Shown piece by piece: positions 26,309 through 35,575 of a stretch of 64,000 bases of DNA; the stretch's first letter is position 1, and each line of letters starts with the position of its first letter. Made by a program: the position numbers and the translations under genes. The notes beneath the pieces were generated by a model, which was given only the letters and a program-made list of their open reading frames with translations, did not search any database and had not been told where the DNA came from. This stretch comes from a virus. The DNA is taken from the IMG/VR virus record IMGVR_UViG_3300048599_000388, positions 1 to 64,000 of that record; one strand, 5' to 3'.

Positions 26309-26551
26309 TTATTTTTTTTGAAAAAGTTTACCGTTTGCCGTCATGACCTCCTGGCCAAGAGACCACTGCCACTTCACCCGAAATTCTGCTTTACATCCAG
26401 GACAGATAACCACTTTAGCACCGTGTACAGGATGACATTTACGTTTAACCGTAGATTGACATTTAGGACATTTTTGGCGTTCCATTGTTTTATCACCCTT
26501 CCCCTTTTTTGTAAATTTTACAAAACCAATGCCTCGTAAAATCCTCTCCAC
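26309..26551 (-). CDS. Zinc-ribbon protein (probable start 26485, MERQKCPKC)
   Basis: CPKC...CPGC; a GGGGAAGGGTGA RBS precedes the internal ATG. Confidence 0.5.
   Translation of the reverse strand: MERILRGIGFVKFTKKGKGDKTMERQKCPKCQSTVKRKCHPVHGAKVVICPGCKAEFRVKWQWSLGQEVMTANGKLFQKK
26507..26525. promoter_or_regulatory. Palindrome TTTTGTAAATTTTACAAAA (copy 2 of 4)
   Basis: Overlaps the stop of the GT4 gene; about 24 nt upstream of the zinc-ribbon ATG. Confidence 0.6.
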
Positions 26552-27840
26552 ACCGTGTCCATGTTGAATCTCTGACGCATGTTGACGCGGTCCTGCACGC
26601 CATTTTCTGATTCCCAGGCTTCCACTATGTCACGTGCCCATCGGTCGAATCGCTCTCGTTCCGTGATTCCATCGCCTACGCGCTTACGCTTCGGCCCAAA
26701 ATCCAAATACATAGACCCATCACGACCATTAACCCCAGAACCCACATTCGACCCTTCCCGCCCCACTTCGTGCAACGCGTTCACGCTATCGTTCAGCACG
26801 CATAAACAACCGCTCGACAAACTCACTTCTGGATATACCAGCCCGAACGATTCAGCGTGTGTCGGATAAATAAAAATGCTCGAACACTGCATGAGTTCTC
26901 TTAACATTCGCTTGGGGATACCTGATTCGTATTGTGGATATCTGAAACGACTCGTAAAAATCAACTCTTTTTCACTTAGCCCGTTATTTTTTCCTATCCT
27001 CTGCCACTTGTCGATGTCTTCCGTCCGCCTTAACCGCGTCACCCACTGATTCGCAATTACCAGACAGACCGACAGCCCCATATCTTTAAAACGAGAAAAC
27101 AGGCTGATTAATGTAGACAACCCCTTTTGAGTCAACCGGTCGCTGGATGCTGGATATACCTGAACCATGTCGGCACTCATCACCCCTGGATACTCGTCAA
27201 CGAACGCGCAGCTTTCAGCCCCCCACTCATTCCATGTGCGCAAATCCTTGACATGGGGTATAGATACAAAGTGCCCATCATCTCCCGACCCTATCCCAAA
27301 CGCCATGCGCACCTTATCCCCATCCGCTTCTGTAGGATAAACAACCGTATGATTCCCCTCATACCGACCGATGTCCCACCAGTCACATCGACCAACACAG
27401 ACCGAATGCACCCAATGGAACCATTTGATAGAGCGCGCATGGGCGTTCACCGCGCAAAACCGCCTAATTGCTTCTGCGTATGGCAAGAAATACGGCGAAA
27501 ATATCCAATCTTGAGTAAAAACAACAGACGGGATGCATCGCTTGAACAGGACGTGTAGAGCCTCAACAATGCGATTCACTAACTGCTCATGAACACTTGA
27601 CAGTTCGTCTACACGCTCATATTTCTCAGGCTCTTCCAATGACGGAATTTTTGGATGCACGGGGAACCCGTCCCGACTCACCAACGGATAATTTGATGTC
27701 TCTCCCCCCCACCTATCACTCACGGCCACTTCAATACGCACATTGTTCCTCAAGCACATCGCTATCTGGTCCTGAACGCATCCGCACAATGAATAACCAG
27801 AATGGTACGCATCAAAATTGGTGAGGATAAGAATGGGCAT
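26518..27840 (-). CDS. GT4-family (GT-B) glycosyltransferase
   Basis: PTHAESFGLVYPEVSLSSGC = E-x7-E region. Confidence 0.6.
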   Translation of the reverse strand: MPILILTNFDAYHSGYSLCGCVQDQIAMCLRNNVRIEVAVSDRWGGETSNYPLVSRDGFPVHPKIPSLEEPEKYERVDELSSVHEQLVNRIVEALHVLFKRCIPSVVFTQDWIFSPYFLPYAEAIRRFCAVNAHARSIKWFHWVHSVCVGRCDWWDIGRYEGNHTVVYPTEADGDKVRMAFGIGSGDDGHFVSIPHVKDLRTWNEWGAESCAFVDEYPGVMSADMVQVYPASSDRLTQKGLSTLISLFSRFKDMGLSVCLVIANQWVTRLRRTEDIDKWQRIGKNNGLSEKELIFTSRFRYPQYESGIPKRMLRELMQCSSIFIYPTHAESFGLVYPEVSLSSGCLCVLNDSVNALHEVGREGSNVGSGVNGRDGSMYLDFGPKRKRVGDGITERERFDRWARDIVEAWESENGVQDRVNMRQRFNMDTVWRGFYEALVL

Positions 27841-27901
27841 GAGGATGGAATATAGAGTGAAGGGTTAAAAGTCTATATGTTTTCCACTGTTTAGTTTTCC
27901 C

Positions 27902-28288
27902 CTATTTAAAAAACAACGAATAAATCATGAAAAATAACACCATGATTGCCGTTGCCGCATTCAACCAGCCCGCATGCGCCTGACTCCATTGGGATGCCTC
28001 AGTCTCCCGACTTTTCGTCTCAGCCTTGGCATCATTCCTCATCTCTTTCAACTCTTCGTCGTGGTCGTCCAGCCGGCGCACATGGATACCCTGCTCTCGT
28101 TCAACAGCCCGCAACCTGTCATACACCCCGTCCATTTCACCACGACACCGCTCGACACAACTCTTGTTCGTTCCGTTCAGCCCCTCAATCAATTTCGTGA
28201 GCGCATCAATTTTGTTGTTCACGTTTTCAAACAATGCATTCAAAAATTTCTCGAAATGGGGGGGTAGATCAGGAATTTGGATGCTCAT
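27902..28288 (-). CDS. Coiled-coil protein with C-terminal TM anchor
   Basis: C-terminal AGWLNAATAIMVLFFMIYSLFF. Confidence 0.45.
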   Translation of the reverse strand: MSIQIPDLPPHFEKFLNALFENVNNKIDALTKLIEGLNGTNKSCVERCRGEMDGVYDRLRAVEREQGIHVRRLDDHDEELKEMRNDAKAETKSRETEASQWSQAHAGWLNAATAIMVLFFMIYSLFFK

Positions 28289-28337
28289 TGTGCCGCTCTG
28301 ATTTTCAGAAAAATACTAATTACAAGCCAAGAGAGGT

Positions 28338-28607
28338 TTACCAAAAAAAGGGGAATAAGGCTAGGGGAAATATAGTAATAATCTGGATTGCAAGTCTCTT
28401 GACTCGCTCGCCTTCCCGAACGACTGCCAGATTAACCGGAGACGCGCTCGCATAGCCAAATGCAATCTCTTTAACATCAAACTCGCTCTCAATGACAACG
28501 TTCCCGCCGTCCACATTTTTATCCAACCCACGAATCACGTCAACAAGGGACGCGTCTCCGCCTTCTGTGTAATAATTGATAGTGGGTGGTAGATGGAAAC
28601 GGGCCAT
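28338..28607 (-). CDS. Hypothetical protein
   Basis: Co-oriented ORF. Confidence 0.4.
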   Translation of the reverse strand: MARFHLPPTINYYTEGGDASLVDVIRGLDKNVDGGNVVIESEFDVKEIAFGYASASPVNLAVVREGERVKRLAIQIITIFPLALFPFFW

Positions 28608-28622
28608 ACAATCGAATACCGC

Positions 28623-29039
28623 TTATTCTTGTCCGCTTGGATACGGAAGAGACGCATTGATTGAAGCAATCGCAGCTAACCATGCTGCTCGTTTCTCTGG
28701 TTCTCCAGACACAAGGGCTTGCACCATCAGGTCACAGCAGGTGTTTTTGTCTCGACAGCATGGCTCCATAATCAGCACCTTGCGCTGATAATCTATTTCC
28801 GCTTTTTGTATCGCTCGATACGCATCCCACTGGACCGGGGTCACCAAATTAAACACATTGACCGCATGTGTCCTCAGATCAGTTACGCAATAGGTTGACG
28901 GGTTTTCGATGTGTCTGGACACAATCGTGTCAGCAATCGTCTGAACAGCAGGCGCAAGCGGGGGACTAAATACCGGCAAACCCTCATTCCAGTTGCCGTT
29001 CCAACCTTCAACACCACAGACCAGAAATTCTTTCGCCAA
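28623..29039 (-). CDS. Hypothetical protein (tail-fibre neighbourhood)
   Basis: Co-oriented ORF. Confidence 0.45.
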   Translation of the reverse strand: MAKEFLVCGVEGWNGNWNEGLPVFSPPLAPAVQTIADTIVSRHIENPSTYCVTDLRTHAVNVFNLVTPVQWDAYRAIQKAEIDYQRKVLIMEPCCRDKNTCCDLMVQALVSGEPEKRAAWLAAIASINASLPYPSGQE

Positions 29040-29058
29040 ACGTGCATCGTCAGCTATA

Positions 29059-29481
29059 TTATTTCTCCACAGGTTTAATTACTTCAACAGTTTCAACGGC
29101 TTCTACAACCGCTATGGGGTGTTGCCTTTTTGTGTCCCCTCTTGCTTTGAGCCAATCTGCCAAATCTTCCTCTGAGATTTCTCCAAGTTTCTTGCCGCTT
29201 TCAAGAGCTTTGGCGATACCGTCAAAATACAAATCGTCACATTTTGCCTTGTATTCCTCTCGCCGCCTCTCTTTAATCAGCTTGGTCTGATGCTCTTTCA
29301 GCACCGTGACCTGTTCCGCAGAAAGCAGTGCCTTTACCGGAAGATCGCTGATAGAAACCGCAGATAAATCCACGCCGGCGAGGGCCTTGATAATCTGCTT
29401 TTCTTTATCTGTGAGGTCTCCACGAGGCTCGCCCTCGTAGTAGTCTCCACGCCAATGGATACCCAGTATTTCGGTGTTCAT
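29059..29481 (-). CDS. Hypothetical protein (possible fibre assembly factor)
   Basis: 4-nt overlap with the upstream receptor-binding candidate. Confidence 0.4.
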   Translation of the reverse strand: MNTEILGIHWRGDYYEGEPRGDLTDKEKQIIKALAGVDLSAVSISDLPVKALLSAEQVTVLKEHQTKLIKERRREEYKAKCDDLYFDGIAKALESGKKLGEISEEDLADWLKARGDTKRQHPIAVVEAVETVEVIKPVEK

Positions 29482-31418
29482 TTCACATCTCCTATGACTG
29501 CTGCCAACGAACGATATCCGTCAGATATTTTGGCATAGAGATATAGTGATGCTGCAGCAAGCCTGCTCGCAGCAGTAGGCCAAAAACTGTAAAACTGTGT
29601 GGATCTGAGGTCTATCTGTTTTACATGGCCCCCACGGGGGTCATCGTTGCTTGTGCCGAAATCTTCAAGCGGCATGTGGTTTAGTATCCCCGAGAAAGCC
29701 ACTCCACCAGACCCACACGCTGCACTCATAAAAACCTTGACCCTCATCCCGCTTATACCTAAAAAGACAACCTTGTAAGCATCATCGGTGTTCCACTTTT
29801 GAAAGATATTTGTTGTTGCCAACGACTGCGTAGTGATAGAAGCAAAAGGGCTATATTTATAAATAGATAACTCTCTGCCGCGCCACGCAAGACCCCGCCA
29901 GTCCCCCACATCTACCGGCCCCTGATGCGTGGACACAAGGTTCTTAACGCACATTGCGCCGAGCAGTCTTCTTGTAGTCGCCGTGCTCTTAACCTCAATA
30001 CCTTCGGTATCATCCGTACAGGCCGGTGTAGTCGTAGACGCTTCCAGTGTAAGCACTCCGTCCACGACATAACCATAGATCCAGTACAGCGTAAAGTTTG
30101 TATGATCCACGCTGGCAGTTAGCGCATCACAGACAAGACTTGCACCTTCACTCTGTATTTCGGTGTTCCCTGGACCGGGCAGGTAGAGATAACGGCCCAT
30201 CTTTCGTCCATACATCAATTTCGGCACGTGATTCGCCGTGGAGTTCAAGACGATATTCAAAAGCGCTGGCTTACTCTCCTGTTCGGCTTGAGTCCAAAAA
30301 CCTGTTCCTAAATCCGTCTTCGTCACGCACCCATCAGGAAACATACTGCCCTGCGCAGTGTTCCAACGTCTAACAGACAGAGAGACATCAGCCCCATCAC
30401 TGCCAGAAAATACCAGTGCGACCCGAGTGTGCCGCTGCAATTGTTCAGACAGAGAGGCCAGTCTTATCCAAGTATCAGCAACAGAGCCGCTTGCAAGCGC
30501 CCCTAAATCTGTTATTTCGTCTCCCGGCGCTTCGGCAATCTGGGCGGCAAAAAGTTCGACTTCACCTAATGCCACGTATGCATTAGACCCGTTCCTATCG
30601 GTTATAGACCACCTGTAATTACGATATACAGTAGCGTTAGTCGCATAATATTCTCGTGAGGCCCCAGCCCCAGGATCTGTCTCAGCGGTCCATGTTAACC
30701 CCGCACTCGGTAATTGTGTCCAATCTGCATCCGTTTGTGGATCAGGAGCAGCCTCGTTGCTACCCCAAAACGTAAACGCCTTGGGAAATGCTCGTACGTT
30801 GGCATCTGCGTTGCTATACGATGCAAATCGGAACTTGTTCGCAGCTATCCCGTTGCCCTCGCCCAAGTCTAAGATAAAATAGATAGGAGCAAGAGCAGTC
30901 GGGGTCGCGTTGCTTCTAGTCCCATTGTTTGCTGCTACAGAACCGTCCATAGCCCTAAATGCTTCGTATCCAGCCCCGGCTTCCGCATTAGCACCAGTAT
31001 TGTCGAACAGGCCCACCACGTTAGGAGACGGCGCATTATTCGCTGTCATTACGGGATCGGCAGCAGTCGTATTCCCGTTATACCGACCGTTCGGCTCGTA
31101 ACCCGTGGACACGGAATGCAACGCAATATTCACATTACCAGCCGTTCCAACCGCCGTAATGTAGAGACTCAACGCATCCAATGCGAAGTCAATTGACGGG
31201 GTAAAGAAAAATGCCAGCTTGTCAGTAGCAGCATTCAGTTGTACTGCTTGATCTCCACTAGTTTGATGGTAACTAGGAGGCACCCATAGTTCCCCGCCAG
31301 GTGGCAACATGGCCCCTTCAATATTGTGCAAGACTGCCGCTTCACTATCCGTTTGGAAAGTTTCGTCCAAAAAATCAATCGACTGCGGTGCATAGATTGG
31401 TTGTTCTAATTTCGCCAT
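29478..31418 (-). CDS. Tail fibre/spike protein with discoidin (F5/8 type C, CBM32-like) domain
   Basis: AFRAMDGSV..PIYFILDLGEGNGIAANKFRF..ALGEVELF. Confidence 0.5.
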   Translation of the reverse strand: MAKLEQPIYAPQSIDFLDETFQTDSEAAVLHNIEGAMLPPGGELWVPPSYHQTSGDQAVQLNAATDKLAFFFTPSIDFALDALSLYITAVGTAGNVNIALHSVSTGYEPNGRYNGNTTAADPVMTANNAPSPNVVGLFDNTGANAEAGAGYEAFRAMDGSVAANNGTRSNATPTALAPIYFILDLGEGNGIAANKFRFASYSNADANVRAFPKAFTFWGSNEAAPDPQTDADWTQLPSAGLTWTAETDPGAGASREYYATNATVYRNYRWSITDRNGSNAYVALGEVELFAAQIAEAPGDEITDLGALASGSVADTWIRLASLSEQLQRHTRVALVFSGSDGADVSLSVRRWNTAQGSMFPDGCVTKTDLGTGFWTQAEQESKPALLNIVLNSTANHVPKLMYGRKMGRYLYLPGPGNTEIQSEGASLVCDALTASVDHTNFTLYWIYGYVVDGVLTLEASTTTPACTDDTEGIEVKSTATTRRLLGAMCVKNLVSTHQGPVDVGDWRGLAWRGRELSIYKYSPFASITTQSLATTNIFQKWNTDDAYKVVFLGISGMRVKVFMSAACGSGGVAFSGILNHMPLEDFGTSNDDPRGGHVKQIDLRSTQFYSFWPTAASRLAAASLYLYAKISDGYRSLAAVIGDVK

Positions 31419-31432
31419 ACTACCCCCTCCCC

Positions 31433-31828
31433 TTACAGCGTGCCGTACACGTAAAACGAGCCTTCACCACTCCCGGTTACGTCCATTGTCTCAATTTCTT
31501 TGTCCTGGACAATCGGCCACGTAGCACCGTTCAGGATGGTCAGCACATTCGTGTTGTCCTCGTTAACAACCACCTCTATAACGTTGCCCGTATTGTTCGT
31601 TATGGTCAATGTGCCATACTTCGCGAGTCCGGTTAGCTGCTCGAAATCGTCAACGGTTCCATCATACAACGTGTACCACGGAGGCTTAGTGCCCGAATGG
31701 TCCACGAGCTCGAATGCAGCCGGAAGCGGGTAGACGTATTTATTAACTAAGGCCAATTCACCAGCTTCAACCAATCCGTGACCGGGCAGTGCCGCTCGAT
31801 TCTCGCTCGAATTCAAATATTTTGCCAT
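31433..31828 (-). CDS. Hypothetical structural protein
   Basis: Co-oriented; first gene after the 31.9-kb palindrome. Confidence 0.45.
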   Translation of the reverse strand: MAKYLNSSENRAALPGHGLVEAGELALVNKYVYPLPAAFELVDHSGTKPPWYTLYDGTVDDFEQLTGLAKYGTLTITNNTGNVIEVVVNEDNTNVLTILNGATWPIVQDKEIETMDVTGSGEGSFYVYGTL

Positions 31829-31918
31829 TGGAAGGGTCCTTGTGTAGTAATTAGAGCATTAGAACATTATCTGTAAGTCAATTGTTTCTTCATTTTTTTT
31901 GTTTTCTGTCTGTCTTTT

Positions 31919-31937
31919 TTTTGTAAATTTTACAAAA
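31919..31937. promoter_or_regulatory. Palindrome TTTTGTAAATTTTACAAAA (copy 3 of 4)
   Basis: Intergenic, flanked by T-runs; about 90 nt upstream of ATG 31828. Confidence 0.6.
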
Positions 31938-31994
31938 CTTTTTTACACCAATCACTCGACAAAGCAATATCTTAGAATCGCCACTCACGCAACA

Positions 31995-33176
31995 CTAATT
32001 TGCGGGATCAAAAAATATCGTGTCTGCGGCTACCGCACGCCCGACGAATACCTCTGTGCTCCCAGGCGTCTCACTAACCAAGCCTGGCGTGTCTGATAAG
32101 TATAGCTTTGCACCAACGCTCCACGACCACGCTGGGTTTGTCACAAAACCCCTCAATAACACACTGCCTGTCTCGTCATTGTCGATACCGTCAGGCTCGA
32201 CCACTATTCCCATAGCGTCAATCTCGTCATATGTCCCATTAGCTTGGGCTAACCCGCATTTCCCTTCATCCAACGTGTCCATATAGACCACATCGAATTC
32301 AGCAAGATTGGTCTCATACGCTGCCGTCAATTGAGCAATAAAGGGGTGACTGTCATATCCAACAGTTCCGTCAGTTTTAACGCCAAGGGTCTGGCCAATC
32401 TCGCCCTTAGCCAGGTTCGCCCACTTACCGGCGCCGTTACGATAAATAATGTCCCCTGTCGCGATGCTGGCAAACAGAGCGTCGTGAAGATCACCGACCG
32501 ACAAATTGACAAATTCATAGGCTGTCCCTGCAGCATTGCGCCTCAAAACCTGTAATGCGCCAGATGCAGCCACAACACCAACAGCAGTCGCCCCTTTAGC
32601 TTCAAGGAGACCGGTCAACCCGGTCAGCGTCACCCCTGCAAACGTCGGGCTTGATACCGATCCAATATCCTGAGCAGTCCCAAATCGAATCACGCCCGTA
32701 TCGTGTTCAATCTCAGTTTGCTCGGCAACGCTCTGAACCTCAACCAGTTCATAACCATCAGTATATGGATCCGATACGCGCAATATCATGAACTCGTTAA
32801 TCTCTGCAGGAATGTCGATAGTGCGCAGATTGTCCACTTCAGCTTGCGACACGTCTGTAAACGGAATCTCCCCTCCATCCCATGGAGCAGTGTGTCGATG
32901 TTTCCCGATGTTCCCAGACTGATTATCGGGATCCGCATACGTTAAGCCAAGTTGTACTTGTACCAGCGAAACGGGAATAACCCCGTCCTCCACAACCACT
33001 GTAGTCAAGAGCCTTCCAGCATCATACTCGGCAGAGACCACCGACACCTCAATCACCGAAGAACCAGCGATACACAATATTCGCTGCCCCTTAGCGAATG
33101 CCGACACATGATTATCTTGAACAACGAATGACGTGCTGGAAACGTGTAGGGCACCTATAGAAATTTCGTTAGCCAT
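31995..33176 (-). CDS. Tail fibre protein (short paralog)
   Basis: Shares HRHTAPWDGGE and SSPTFAGVTLT segments with 33532..35547. Confidence 0.6.
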   Translation of the reverse strand: MANEISIGALHVSSTSFVVQDNHVSAFAKGQRILCIAGSSVIEVSVVSAEYDAGRLLTTVVVEDGVIPVSLVQVQLGLTYADPDNQSGNIGKHRHTAPWDGGEIPFTDVSQAEVDNLRTIDIPAEINEFMILRVSDPYTDGYELVEVQSVAEQTEIEHDTGVIRFGTAQDIGSVSSPTFAGVTLTGLTGLLEAKGATAVGVVAASGALQVLRRNAAGTAYEFVNLSVGDLHDALFASIATGDIIYRNGAGKWANLAKGEIGQTLGVKTDGTVGYDSHPFIAQLTAAYETNLAEFDVVYMDTLDEGKCGLAQANGTYDEIDAMGIVVEPDGIDNDETGSVLLRGFVTNPAWSWSVGAKLYLSDTPGLVSETPGSTEVFVGRAVAADTIFFDPAN

Positions 33177-33190
33177 ATCGACCTCTTATC

Positions 33191-33520
33191 TTACGGCTCA
33201 GCGACCTCGCCCTCAACGTGAGTGGCGGTTATCGCAAGAGAAAACGTGCTTGGGCCACAAACATGCACCGAAACATATGCAGAATATCCGGTTGGAACCG
33301 TATACAAATCAGTCCAATCGCTAGCGTCGTCACACGCAAAATTTTTATTTGTGGTCACTCCGGACGTTGTGTTCTCCTCCATTACAAACACCATAACAGT
33401 GCCGCCGAGTTGACGCAACACTTGACCGGCCTGCATGATGATACCGCCACTATTCCAGCTTTTATACTCATCAACAACCCTGGAATCCTCATATATTTCA
33501 TATGAACTAGGGGCCGCCAT
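33191..33520 (-). CDS. Hypothetical protein between the fibre genes
   Basis: Co-oriented ORF. Confidence 0.45.
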   Translation of the reverse strand: MAAPSSYEIYEDSRVVDEYKSWNSGGIIMQAGQVLRQLGGTVMVFVMEENTTSGVTTNKNFACDDASDWTDLYTVPTGYSAYVSVHVCGPSTFSLAITATHVEGEVAEP

Positions 33521-33531
33521 ATTGTCCTCCG

Positions 33532-35547
33532 TTATTCAGTGAAATTAATTACCGTAATTATGCCAGCATCTGCAGCATCTGTTTCCTGATAAATGCGATG
33601 TCTATAAATTCCTGATGTATAAAATTCAATAGGAAATTCCAATTTGGCGCTTCGTGTATCCGCGTTGAACGATCCAAAATCTTCCCATCTGTCAATTCCG
33701 GTCCCATCAGATGAATTCCTGTATGAGACAACACCCAAATCTGAAACTGCAGACTCAGGCGCTATTTCCACCTGAACCAGCGCCTCTCTTGCCGTTGGGG
33801 GGACGAGCGCCGCTAAATCTGTGTCTACTGGTGTGCTTCCACTAAGATTGCCGTCAACGGCCGGATACGTATCGCCATAAAAATACTTCCAGGTCCCTTG
33901 GCTCCGCTCTAGTTCGACCAAATAATTATCAGTGTTGGCTGTCCTGACGAGCCCCAAAAAACAATGATAATACAGGCTTTCCGCTGGCAAAATAAAAAAC
34001 CAATCGCCGGCATGGATTTCTGATGTCAAGTTGTCAGCAACCGTGATTTTATTCCCAGAATTATCGGTATCGACTATTGTGTAAACAGTCCCATCGTATC
34101 TATCCCTCGATATTCTGACCAAACGTCGCCCGTTCCATTGATCGTCTGAGCCAATAAAATCGGTATCTGTAACCGTATGGTCATTGTGAGTCCCCGGTGT
34201 TAACTCTGTCCATGGAGCAGAATATGCGACCGTATTGACCCTGAACAGGGGGATGGCTTCTACGGAAACAGCTCCGCCTATAATCGCAGATCTCAGGAAC
34301 ACGGCATACCACGAGTTCGGCAAGGCATTGAATGTGCTGACAATCATCCAAAACGTATAATTTGTATCACTTGCAATTGCCACATTTCTATACTGAAAGC
34401 CCTGATATGCACCATTCCAACGGGGACCGTACAACCAATAAGTTCCTTTCTGTACGGTCACATTGTTTGACGTACCGGTCCCGCTGATTTTTAACGGTAA
34501 TGGACAATAGGTTGAAGGGTGTGGCGCAGTAACCATGTTGTCCAAACCCTTTAAGACCGATGCTAATTGATCGTTTGCGTCGGACTGTCCAGTAATAACA
34601 GGAACGCTATACGTTGGGACCCACGTTATTTCGAGTTTGTCTCCGTCAATTGGGTGGGCGCCGCCGTCAATCAAATCGCCCACATCCAGTGTAAATTCCT
34701 CCGAAGACGACTGCCCACCAAACATAGAAAGGAGAGCCATAACTTTGGAAATATTAGTCCCACTTCCACTACCACCACCAGAAACCAACGCGTTCACAAA
34801 TTTTTCTGTAGCGCTGTTGTAAACCAAAGATTCGCCATGCTGCAGATTGTTCAGGTTAACGTCGGTCGCCCTCTGGAGCTCAAGGTCAGCAATTTCTAAA
34901 CCAGAATCGTCTTCTTTCTGAATAACGATCTGATTAGGCCCGGTCGGATTCAGTGCTGAAAGCACTCCAGACGAACTGCCAATGATAACGCCCGCCTTAT
35001 TCGTCAGCACCAACCCCGCAAACGTAGGCGTAGATGTTGTTCCAATAGCCTGAGCTGCACCAAAAACTATCTGTCCCGTCGCATGATCTATTGTCGTCTC
35101 GTTCTCGACGGCAACAACTTCTTTGAGTTCGGTCGCCGTCCCATCCGCATTAACCCCAGCAACGAAATTACTGACTGATTCTGATATAGACCCAACAATA
35201 TTTAGGTTTGCCACGATGCCAGAATCGGTAAATCCAGAAAACGCACACTCGCCACCGTCCCATGGCGCACCATGTTCGTGTTTCGCTAAATTACTTTTTT
35301 GATTAGTCCTGTCAACAAACGTGTGACCACGATAAACTTCGGAACAATTGGACGTCACGCCAGCATCTTCAGTTGTAATTGTCGTAATGTCATCGCCAGC
35401 ATCGTAAACAACATTTCCTACCCACGTCTCAAGGGCTGTGTCCGGAGTCTGGATTACCACAATCGGTGTTCCAATCCTAAAAGAAGCAATCGCATCTGTT
35501 TCAACAGAAAAATGGGATGTATCAATATATGTTGCTGGAATTGTCAT
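33532..35547 (-). CDS. Tail fibre protein (long paralog)
   Basis: HEHGAPWDGGE and TSTPTFAGLVLT segments; 671 aa. Confidence 0.6.
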   Translation of the reverse strand: MTIPATYIDTSHFSVETDAIASFRIGTPIVVIQTPDTALETWVGNVVYDAGDDITTITTEDAGVTSNCSEVYRGHTFVDRTNQKSNLAKHEHGAPWDGGECAFSGFTDSGIVANLNIVGSISESVSNFVAGVNADGTATELKEVVAVENETTIDHATGQIVFGAAQAIGTTSTPTFAGLVLTNKAGVIIGSSSGVLSALNPTGPNQIVIQKEDDSGLEIADLELQRATDVNLNNLQHGESLVYNSATEKFVNALVSGGGSGSGTNISKVMALLSMFGGQSSSEEFTLDVGDLIDGGAHPIDGDKLEITWVPTYSVPVITGQSDANDQLASVLKGLDNMVTAPHPSTYCPLPLKISGTGTSNNVTVQKGTYWLYGPRWNGAYQGFQYRNVAIASDTNYTFWMIVSTFNALPNSWYAVFLRSAIIGGAVSVEAIPLFRVNTVAYSAPWTELTPGTHNDHTVTDTDFIGSDDQWNGRRLVRISRDRYDGTVYTIVDTDNSGNKITVADNLTSEIHAGDWFFILPAESLYYHCFLGLVRTANTDNYLVELERSQGTWKYFYGDTYPAVDGNLSGSTPVDTDLAALVPPTAREALVQVEIAPESAVSDLGVVSYRNSSDGTGIDRWEDFGSFNADTRSAKLEFPIEFYTSGIYRHRIYQETDAADAGIITVINFTE

Positions 35548-35575
35548 AACAATTGTCTCCTGATCCCGTCATATC

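Noticed and set aside
29478-35547. Diversity-generating retroelement acting on the fibre genes
   Set aside because: No reverse-transcriptase-like ORF is visible in the window, and I saw no near-identical template/variable DNA repeat pair. The fibre similarity is protein-level paralogy at the N-termini. A formal self-alignment would be needed to exclude it fully.
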